64,000 nucleotides of DNA. It comes from an uncultured virus (IMG/VR IMGVR_UViG_3300021255_000006) (lineage: Duplodnaviria > Heunggongvirae > Uroviricota > Caudoviricetes). Positions 45,917 to 53,411 of this stretch are shown piece by piece. The notes under the pieces were generated by a model. The model had not been told where the DNA came from. It saw nothing but the letters and a program-made list of their open reading frames with translations, and ran no database searches. Position 1 is the first letter of the stretch, and every line of letters begins with the position of its first letter. The translations under genes were made by a program, and so were the position numbers. Where the stretch lies: IMG/VR virus record IMGVR_UViG_3300021255_000006, one strand, 5' to 3'.

Positions 45917-46399
45917 TCATATTCTTATGATCGTGGCATTGCTATCAAGAAGATCGTCCAGTTTTTCAGTAGCGTGATCCTTTAGCTCGTTAAGAATATC
46001 TTCTCTGAACTCGTCGAGGATATCGTCGAGATCCATGTGCTTGAGAAGTGACCTAACTTTAGATTTGACCATAGTTTCGACGTCGGTAGTTCTCTTGACA
46101 TCTTCAATTACAGACATAACATTGGTAGATACTTCGTTCCGGATTTCGGCCTGAACTTTAGACTGCACATTATTAACGATTTGGTTTGCTTTCTTTTCGG
46201 CAGCTTTTTTCACAGCATCTTCAGCCATGAACGTTGTGAATTTCTTCGCAACCTCGTCATCGCTGAGACCCGAGATATTGTCAACTGCTTTATCAACTGC
46301 TTTCTTCAATTTTGTAGCCTTAGAATCGGCGTCCGAAGCGATAAAGAATGCAATACCTGCTACAACAAGAGCTGCAATGCCAACATATTTTTTGTACAT
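45917..46399 (-). CDS. Hypothetical protein with N-terminal TM segment
   Basis: ORF with SD. Confidence 0.65.
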   Translation of the reverse strand: MYKKYVGIAALVVAGIAFFIASDADSKATKLKKAVDKAVDNISGLSDDEVAKKFTTFMAEDAVKKAAEKKANQIVNNVQSKVQAEIRNEVSTNVMSVIEDVKRTTDVETMVKSKVRSLLKHMDLDDILDEFREDILNELKDHATEKLDDLLDSNATIIRI

Positions 46400-46682
46400 A
46401 GTTACCTCCTATTTAACTATTTGGATTTTTCCTGGAAGAGTTATGACCGATGATGCCAATCTGTTATTCCTCTTTTTCCACTGGTACGCAAGATTGTTTC
46501 TGGCTTTTTTCTCGGTTTTAGCCATCGTCTCGCCATACCATCGATTTTCTACGAGACGACCAAACTCCATTATCGGTCCTTCGTAAATATAATGATTCAT
46601 AAGAAACCTCATGAAAAACGAAGAGCCTGAGCATTTGCCCAGACTCTTCAACATCGATTCCATATTCAGTTGTTATAGGATA

Positions 46683-46913
46683 TTATCCCCTTTTAAAGTA
46701 TTCTCCGGTTACGGGCACTTCGGCATAGGCCTTCTTTTTTCTTCCGAACACTTTTTTAACGCCCTTCACGATCAGCCCAACACCAAGGAGTGCCAGTCCA
46801 CCAATGACTGCCATATCTCGTGTTGTCAGCTGTTCTCCGGTCTTCTTCTGTTCGTCGACAGTTGTTTCCTCTGCTGTTGTTACCTCGAATCCGTTTTTCA
46901 TTTCTTCAGGCAT
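46683..46913 (-). CDS. Small single-TM protein
   Basis: Own promoter motif at 46952-46976. Confidence 0.65.
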   Translation of the reverse strand: MPEEMKNGFEVTTAEETTVDEQKKTGEQLTTRDMAVIGGLALLGVGLIVKGVKKVFGRKKKAYAEVPVTGEYFKRG

Positions 46914-46982
46914 AGTAATCTCCTTTCTTTTTGTTACCTGATTTACGGTTTCATAATATGCACTGTATATAGCGCGTATTAA

Positions 46983-47771
46983 TCAAAGATAATTTCCCCA
47001 AGAATCTTTAGGATGATCAGGTCGCTTATTAAACCCAACAACTAAAACAGGAATGTTCTCATATTCGCCGCTTCCAAGCGCACATGAAAATTCAGGTTCG
47101 AGCTTTGTGTTCTGAGGCCAACCGAGTTCTTTTGCATATTTGCATTCTAGGCCGTCATAAACTCCAGCTTGGTAATAATATTCATTTAAGTATACGAAAT
47201 CGCTATAGCCACATTGATGAGTAATTTCATTCATGACACGCCATATGTGCTCAGAATTACTCCAGAAATAATGTCCGGAAAACTCATCTTTGCATAACTG
47301 ATTGCCCTTGCCACCAACCATGACAAATCCTGGCGGAGGTGGGTCTTTCTTTACACTGTTCTCTGCCGCTTTGGCATGTACTTCAGCCTCTTTTTTTTCT
47401 CCAAGTACTTCCTTAGCGGCCGTCCTGTATTCCTTAAGAGCTTCCTCCGATAGCGAGTATGCGGTCGCAAAGGCCGCAGCTCTCCTCGCAGTAGCTTTCT
47501 GCCCGCCGATAATAAGACAGCAGGCTAAAACAAAAATGATCAGTGAAGGCAGATAACACTGCCACGTAGCTTTAACAGTTTCAACAACAGTGAGGTCTTC
47601 TCCTTTTTCCTCCTTCTTTTCCTCAATGTTTTTTACTGCTTCTGGTGTTTTTTGAACTGCCCGAACACCGGCGACAAAAGCAGCCGCCAGTCCGAAGCCC
47701 ACGGCAAGCCATGGTCCGTTTGCTTTGACAAATGCCTTTCCGGCCGTCAAAAGCGTTTTCACTTTCATCAA
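46983..47771 (-). CDS. DUF6353-like hypothetical protein
   Basis: Similar N-terminus and YLNEYY...LGW pattern to 44332-45270. Confidence 0.6.
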   Translation of the reverse strand: MMKVKTLLTAGKAFVKANGPWLAVGFGLAAAFVAGVRAVQKTPEAVKNIEEKKEEKGEDLTVVETVKATWQCYLPSLIIFVLACCLIIGGQKATARRAAAFATAYSLSEEALKEYRTAAKEVLGEKKEAEVHAKAAENSVKKDPPPPGFVMVGGKGNQLCKDEFSGHYFWSNSEHIWRVMNEITHQCGYSDFVYLNEYYYQAGVYDGLECKYAKELGWPQNTKLEPEFSCALGSGEYENIPVLVVGFNKRPDHPKDSWGNYL

Positions 47772-47806
47772 TTTTCTCCTTTCTTAAATATGAAGTGAAT
47801 AGAAAC

Positions 47807-47893
47807 AAAAAGAGAAGGTACTGTAGGAATCGAACCTACGTCTCTGTCGTTAGACAGCGCTTTCCCTCTAAGCTATTGTTAAGTACCTTTCTC
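47807..47893 (-). ncRNA. tRNA-like RNA lacking a canonical anticodon loop
   Basis: AGGTACT/AGTACCT acceptor-like stem; D-arm GCTT-AGAGGGA-AAGC; CTGTC-TAAC-GACAG; T-arm GTAGG-TTCGATT-CCTAC; promoter motif 47894-47918; U-tract. Confidence 0.75.
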
Positions 47894-47908
47894 CATAACA
47901 CACCTTGT

Positions 47909-48133
47909 TTATTTCGCGTGTTTCTTAAACAGCTTATCAATGTCGTCTTTAGCGAGCTTCTTCGCAATGGTATTAACTTTTTCAGATGTCATAATGTCTA
48001 TAAGTTTTCCCGGATTGTGCGGAGAAAGCGTCATATCTGTTGCCATAGCAATGTATCCGAACATAGTAACCCAATATTTAGTTGTAATCTTTGCGGTTAC
48101 AAACGCTACAAGTGCATATTTTACGAATTTCAT
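47909..48133 (-). CDS. Hypothetical protein
   Basis: SD AAGGAG. Confidence 0.55.
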   Translation of the reverse strand: MKFVKYALVAFVTAKITTKYWVTMFGYIAMATDMTLSPHNPGKLIDIMTSEKVNTIAKKLAKDDIDKLFKKHAK

Positions 48134-48148
48134 AAATACTCTCCTTTC

Positions 48149-48478
48149 TTAGTACAAAGTATCAAGAATCCAATCAGCAGTATCGGCAGCAACAGAAAAC
48201 ATATAGCCTGCATTTAAAGAATTACAAGCCGCCTTAGTCATTCTTTCTTTGAAATCTTCAATAACTTTTCGAGGCGGTTCGTCTTTTTCCAAAACTTCTT
48301 TTACTATTTGATTAAACGCATGATTTCTATAGCACGCTTGATAAAAATATTTTGGATTCGAAGCCTCGTTCGGGTCAGACAAATCGCCAGCTAATAATCC
48401 AAGCCCAAACAATGCCCGATTTTTTTGTATTCGTAGCTTCCCGGTCATATGCCGAACTCTCCTAAAATATAAAAGCAA
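48149..48478 (-). CDS. Hypothetical protein (start probably MTGKL)
   Basis: ORF track; SD AGGAG. Confidence 0.6.
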   Translation of the reverse strand: MLLYFRRVRHMTGKLRIQKNRALFGLGLLAGDLSDPNEASNPKYFYQACYRNHAFNQIVKEVLEKDEPPRKVIEDFKERMTKAACNSLNAGYMFSVAADTADWILDTLY

Positions 48479-48520
48479 GAGAGCTCAAAAACATCTTATG
48501 AACTCTCTTGCCGTTATTAA

Positions 48521-48634
48521 TTACTCTTCTTCTTTCTCATCAATGTTGCTGGAAATAACTTTACCAATTTCGCCGATAGCCTGGATAATTGCTCCTACGA
48601 CAATCATGGTCGTCCATCTACTCCATCTACTCAT
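48521..48634 (-). CDS. 37-aa peptide with its own promoter and terminator (not in ORF track)
   Basis: MSRWSRWTTMIVVGAIIQAIGEIGKVISSNIDEKEEE; SD AAGGAGG; promoter motif 48660-48684. Confidence 0.65.
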   Translation of the reverse strand: MSRWSRWTTMIVVGAIIQAIGEIGKVISSNIDEKEEE

Positions 48635-48674
48635 GATGATACCTCCTTTCATAGTATTTCATTAGAGACCCTGT

Positions 48675-49121
48675 TTATTCTGCGTCTTCAAAGTTTTTGT
48701 ATGGCTCATAAGGCATATCTATGGTGATTACTTCTTCGCCAGAAGACGTATGACCAAGTTTATGATTGAAGTCGATCCAATACACTCCGTCTTCCGGATA
48801 CCACATCTTATTTTCATCTTCCGGTCTTCTATCAAGACCTAAGAAATCAGACCACATATGAGCATCGACATCCGCACCCATTGTGTAATTGCGGTTCAAA
48901 TGGTATTCAGCCTGTAAGACCTGCGATAAAGTAGCTTTGAAATGGCGTTTCGAAAAAGAATCATAGAAAAGTCTTATCGGGTCTTCTATTTTCGAATGAA
49001 CTGACTGGGTTACATAATCTGTGAAATCGGCCGTCCAAATATCTTGAGGAAAGCACTGGTCTTTGATGATTACGGGTTCGAGTTCATCGTTCATTGACGA
49101 CTGAATGATCGATTCCAACAA
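48675..49121 (-). CDS. Hypothetical protein related to the C-terminal part of the DUF6353-like genes
   Basis: FYDSFSKRHF...HLNRNY...WIDF. Confidence 0.55.
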   Translation of the reverse strand: MLESIIQSSMNDELEPVIIKDQCFPQDIWTADFTDYVTQSVHSKIEDPIRLFYDSFSKRHFKATLSQVLQAEYHLNRNYTMGADVDAHMWSDFLGLDRRPEDENKMWYPEDGVYWIDFNHKLGHTSSGEEVITIDMPYEPYKNFEDAE

Positions 49122-49217
49122 TATCGCACCTCCTTTGACAAAAAAGAAAAGCCCTCGATTCTATAAAGAACCAAGGGCTCATTCACATAATCAAATATAT
49201 CTTAATCTATTTTCAAC

Positions 49218-49556
49218 TTACTTCTTATCGTCAGTTACTTTCTTTTTCACTTCAGTTGCTTTGCCATTGTTCAGAAGCCCAGCCATCTCGAGCTTTGCCT
49301 TGATCTCACCGTACCTCTCACCGGTAGCCATGAATCCGATCTCAAGAACAGGGTGCTCGGTCTTCCCATCAGCATCAAGAATTGTCGTGTCCTTAAGACA
49401 ATTCAGAGGCTGATGTACTTTGTCGAGCAGCATGTCCAGAGTCGCATCTCTGTCATCCAGTTCGATGTAGATGGTTCTCTGCAGCTTAGTCTCTTCTTCC
49501 TGCCCTGCTTTGAACTCGTTGACTAAATCAAAAATTGTGTAAAATCTACGTTTCAT
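49218..49556 (-). CDS. Hypothetical protein
   Basis: Own promoter motif at 49610-49634. Confidence 0.65.
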   Translation of the reverse strand: MKRRFYTIFDLVNEFKAGQEEETKLQRTIYIELDDRDATLDMLLDKVHQPLNCLKDTTILDADGKTEHPVLEIGFMATGERYGEIKAKLEMAGLLNNGKATEVKKKVTDDKK

Positions 49557-49636
49557 TTCAATACCTCCATAAATATAAAAATTGTTTATAAGTTTATAGT
49601 TCTCTTATGCATAAAGGGGATTGTTTATGTTGCGAA

Positions 49637-49993
49637 CTAAACTGGACAGTGGTCAAAGCATGTTTCCCATGGCTGCCTTTTTATTGGTTTAAGTTTTAAT
49701 GCCCACATCATCTGCCTTATAGTAACAGTTGGGTAAATGCCGTCTTTGGATATTCCGGCTTTCGCTTTAAAATATCCTGGAAATTTCGGGCTTCCGTACA
49801 GCATATTTCTATACGGATTTTCAATAGCAGACCACCATGTATGCTTTGTTATGGGATCGTAGTATTGTTGTATTACTGCTAATCCTAAGTTTCCATTTTT
49901 GTACAACGTACATTTGTGGTAGATTATATGATTACAATGATATGTCTCTCCAAACATAGGAACGGAATCAAAGACCTCGCAGTGATAACGCAT
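49637..49993 (-). CDS. Hypothetical protein
   Basis: SD GGAGG. Confidence 0.65.
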   Translation of the reverse strand: MRYHCEVFDSVPMFGETYHCNHIIYHKCTLYKNGNLGLAVIQQYYDPITKHTWWSAIENPYRNMLYGSPKFPGYFKAKAGISKDGIYPTVTIRQMMWALKLKPIKRQPWETCFDHCPV

Positions 49994-50063
49994 ATGACCT
50001 CCAAAACCAAAAAGGCCTTGTTAGAATTCTAAAACCCTAACAAGACCATTTTTGTTGAATCAA

Positions 50064-50588
50064 TTAACCCTTTCTAAACGGGTTGGGGAGTTGTCTTATT
50101 ACAAGATCTTTAAATTTTCCAGATACTACCTTGTGCTCTTCGTAATCCAAACCGTACTTAAGTGCGGCGAATCCGCCAACAGTCCTTACTACTCCGCTAA
50201 GAGCCTCGACAGCAAGTCTCGCCATAAGCTGCTGATCAGAATGAATCCGATTAAGCTCTTCCAACTTTTCCTGAGCATCACGTTGATGAATCGCGTCAAT
50301 TCGTCTCTGTTCTTCAAGTTCTTTCTGCAGTTTGATTTTCTCTGCATCCAGCTCTTTCTGAATCTTAACTTTTTCGACTTCAAGCTCATGCTTCTTCACG
50401 TCAAGATCGTGTTTCTTTGTTGCAAGATCATTGTCAAACTTCATCTTTTCCAGCTTTGAAGACTCGCCGACAAGTCTCAATGCAGTTCCAGTACGAACCG
50501 CCTGCTTTCCCGCATCATTTTCTGCCAGTGCTTGTTTCAAAGCGTTCAAGGCATTTTTGTCAACTTGCTTAATAATCTCGTCTGTCAT
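50064..50588 (-). CDS. Coiled-coil hypothetical protein
   Basis: Own promoter motif at 50626-50650. Confidence 0.65.
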   Translation of the reverse strand: MTDEIIKQVDKNALNALKQALAENDAGKQAVRTGTALRLVGESSKLEKMKFDNDLATKKHDLDVKKHELEVEKVKIQKELDAEKIKLQKELEEQRRIDAIHQRDAQEKLEELNRIHSDQQLMARLAVEALSGVVRTVGGFAALKYGLDYEEHKVVSGKFKDLVIRQLPNPFRKG

Positions 50589-50629
50589 ATCAATCTCCTT
50601 CCTTAATAGAACAAAATTATTGTTTCATA

Positions 50630-50896
50630 TTAGCCCTTGTTTGTTTCGCTATGCTGACGTACCTCAACGACCATATAAACTTTATCTCCGTCCTTTTTCG
50701 ACAAAATATCTTGCGTTAATTCGAGAGTTGTTGCAATAAATTCCCGTCCATCAACATGCAACACAAGAACACCAATGTACTTTTCTTCGTGATCGGACTT
50801 ATTAAAAGCTTTATGGTTTTTATATAATGTTATCCCGCTCCAAGCTCCAATAGAGGCTATCATAACAAAAAGCAATAAAAGTATTAACACATCCAT
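50630..50896 (-). CDS. Hypothetical protein with N-terminal TM segment
   Basis: SD AAGGAG. Confidence 0.6.
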   Translation of the reverse strand: MDVLILLLLFVMIASIGAWSGITLYKNHKAFNKSDHEEKYIGVLVLHVDGREFIATTLELTQDILSKKDGDKVYMVVEVRQHSETNKG

Positions 50897-50930
50897 GAGT
50901 AACTCCTTTCTATAAAAAATAAAAAAAAAT

Positions 50931-51010
50931 AAAAGGCTCGATGGGAGGACAGAACTCCATCGAGAAGGTAGCGTCTCTCAGCTACAACATTCGTCTCACT
51001 TACTTCCTTT
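50931..51010 (-). ncRNA. Putative small structured RNA
   Basis: Follows promoter motif 51011-51035; hairpins GTAGC/GCTAC and CTCGATGG/CCATCGAG; ends in a U-tract; no plausible ORF. Confidence 0.55.
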
Positions 51011-51077
51011 CATACTATGACTTGTTTATTTCGCGCAAAACGAAAAGGCTCTGTAAATATCTACAGAGCCAATCCGT

Positions 51078-51359
51078 TTACTCTTCGTTAAGTCGGACAC
51101 AGTCATTCATAACATCCTGAATATCACCATAATAACAAAAACCATTATCTCTTACATAAACCTCTGGTAATCCGTCAAACTGCGATACACGCAGATACGG
51201 GACATACAAGTTTTTATACTCAACGGGGTTCTGCTGTTTCTTCTCATACAGTCTCCGGTGGTATACATACACCTGATCAAGTCCACGATCTGTGTTTTCG
51301 CTGTAGTGGATTCCTTCGGATTTAAGCCATTCAATAAAATCTTTTCTATTATCTATCAT
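51078..51359 (-). CDS. Hypothetical protein
   Basis: Own promoter motif at 51388-51412; SD AAGGAGG. Confidence 0.65.
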   Translation of the reverse strand: MIDNRKDFIEWLKSEGIHYSENTDRGLDQVYVYHRRLYEKKQQNPVEYKNLYVPYLRVSQFDGLPEVYVRDNGFCYYGDIQDVMNDCVRLNEE

Positions 51360-51406
51360 GTTACACCTCCTTCATTCATGATGTGTCCATAATAGAATTT
51401 GTGCAT

Positions 51407-51829
51407 CTAGCGCACCCCACTGAGCACAAAATAAAACTTCCTCCGCCGGTCATAAAACATGTCTCGCTCACACGGAATACCATGCACGTTCTTCAACGTA
51501 ACAAAAGTCAAGTTCTCGGTAACCGCTTTGAGAATATAACTGTACAGCTCTGAGTCGGCCGCCATAGCAGACTGTTCAACCATGCGCATGTAGTCGCTTA
51601 GCAGTTTCCTCTGTATGGCAATCTCTGCTGTTCGATCGGCTATTTTAGACGCGTTTACTCGCAAAATATCAGTACTTCGAGAAGCCATTCCTACCGATCC
51701 CTCAAGCTCTGCCAGCTTCCGCTTCCACTCGGGATACTGCAAAGCAAAATATCTCAGCTCCAGATATCGGTATTTCGGCAGCCACCACTTACTAGATTTC
51801 GATAACTCCTTAGACAAAAAATCACCCAT
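51407..51829 (-). CDS. ArpU/RinA-like transcriptional regulator (start MGDFL)
   Basis: LRYFALQYPEWK...DRTAEIAI...FYDRRRKFY pattern; SD AAGGAGG. Confidence 0.55.
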   Translation of the reverse strand: MGDFLSKELSKSSKWWLPKYRYLELRYFALQYPEWKRKLAELEGSVGMASRSTDILRVNASKIADRTAEIAIQRKLLSDYMRMVEQSAMAADSELYSYILKAVTENLTFVTLKNVHGIPCERDMFYDRRRKFYFVLSGVR

Positions 51830-51914
51830 GATCAGGTCCTCCTTTTCGCTGGAGTTTAAACCTAGACATGGGTGCATGAATATGGTATTTAGTTTGGGGC
51901 GAACTACTCTACTT

Positions 51915-52085
51915 TACTACACAATTTTTACACAAATATAAGTCTGAAATTGACTCAAATCACGACCTGAGACCCGCATAAAACCTGACTCAGGGTCTTC
52001 ATCATATTACGATACCTAATTTCATTTCTGTCTATTCTCCTTTAAATATAAGTCTCTTGGATGACATTACACAGATTTTACACAA
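51915..52085. other. Candidate attP region
   Basis: Paired TACACA direct repeats 11 bp apart on each side (51918/51929 and 52068/52079) at the 3' end of the integrase. Confidence 0.55.
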
Positions 52086-53227
52086 GATTCGAACAAATCA
52101 ACTCCCGCACGCAGGCTCTCATCTGTGACATGTACGTATCTGTCCATGGTAGTCTTGATACTGGCATGACCAAGGAGCTTCTGTAGGGTCTTTGGTGGCA
52201 TTCCTCGCTCGATAGCTCTGGTAGCGTATGTATGTCTCAGTGCGTGCATACAGAACCGCTTAATACCAGCCTCGTCGCATAACTTATACAGATGCGTGTC
52301 GTACGAGCTATTCTTTGCAGGCATCCCAGTTCGCCAATTCACAAATATAAGTTCCCGCATGTTAAACGACTTAAGCACTCCGCTACGTCGATCCAGATAG
52401 CTCAGAGTTTGATCCAGTTTTGGCGACTCTTTACGCTCTGAATCTCTGACCTCCAGCAAAATATCATACGCTTTGGCCGTGAGTGGTATAGTCCTGTAAC
52501 TTGATTGAGTTTTTGTCGGACCGGCTCTCCAGACCTTTGAAGAATGCCGATACTCCAATGTCTTAGTGACTGAGAGCGTCCGGTTTTCCCAGTCTACACA
52601 GTCCCAGGTAAGTCCAATAAGTTCGCCTGTGCGTAGTCCGGTCTCTAATATAAGCGCGTATTGTCGATAGTTATGAGACCTCTTAGCGGCTTCGAGGAAC
52701 TTATTCTGTTCAGTCACAGTAAGAAAGTGAATCTCGTCAGGCGCTTTCTTTGGCTTGTTAATCTTAATTCCTGTCAAAGGGTGTTTATCTATAAGCTCGT
52801 TATCCACAGCGGCTCTAAGCATTGTGCCCATAGTAATATAAGTCTGAATAATCGTTCCTGTGGCGTATTGCGCTTCCATCTGATTAAGTACCATTTTGCA
52901 GTGCATCGGCTTAAGCTCTGTCAGATGAATATCACCGATGTAAGGACCTACGTTGTAGTGGTAACGCTCTGAGTAATTCCGTCTGGTGTTTGGCGCCAGG
53001 TCACATATCAGATTGGTACTCCAATACTCATACCATTGATCAAGCGTCATAGACTTTTTTGCTTTAGGTTTGCTCTTAGCCTCTTTCAACCACGCCTTGG
53101 CTTCTTTAACGGTTTTAAAGTAAGCGCCAAAACTCTGACCGTGCTGAGTGCATCTTGCAAAATATAAACCGTCTTTCCTCTGACAAATACCTGTTCCAAG
53201 TTCCTTTCCTTTTAAATCCTTTCCCAC
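52067..53227 (-). CDS. int: Tyrosine recombinase / integrase (GTG start at 53227)
   Basis: TGLRTGE, K, HALRH, LGH, Y catalytic residues; SD AAGGAGG. Confidence 0.93.
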   Translation of the reverse strand: MGKDLKGKELGTGICQRKDGLYFARCTQHGQSFGAYFKTVKEAKAWLKEAKSKPKAKKSMTLDQWYEYWSTNLICDLAPNTRRNYSERYHYNVGPYIGDIHLTELKPMHCKMVLNQMEAQYATGTIIQTYITMGTMLRAAVDNELIDKHPLTGIKINKPKKAPDEIHFLTVTEQNKFLEAAKRSHNYRQYALILETGLRTGELIGLTWDCVDWENRTLSVTKTLEYRHSSKVWRAGPTKTQSSYRTIPLTAKAYDILLEVRDSERKESPKLDQTLSYLDRRSGVLKSFNMRELIFVNWRTGMPAKNSSYDTHLYKLCDEAGIKRFCMHALRHTYATRAIERGMPPKTLQKLLGHASIKTTMDRYVHVTDESLRAGVDLFESCVKSV

Positions 53228-53258
53228 GGACACCTCCTTGATAGGTCCGCCCCGAGCC

Positions 53259-53267
53259 AGTATAGCA
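53259..53267 (-). promoter_or_regulatory. Extended -10 (TGcTATACT) upstream of int
   Basis: Match to the host sigma-A extended -10 about 30 nt before the GTG. Confidence 0.45.
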
Positions 53268-53411
53268 CGGCAGGCGAAAAAATAAAAGGGACAGTAAACC
53301 TTGCGGCAAACCATCCCTTTTATGTTATTCTACCATTTTATCGGTTGTCCTAGGACCCGGAGTATGGTAGTTACTCCTCGTATTTTTCGCTCGTCACTTC
53401 ACCGCTTTAAA

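Noticed and set aside
47816..47888. Functional tRNA gene
   Set aside because: 4-nt anticodon loop, 6-nt insertion and no CCA; kept as a tRNA-like RNA
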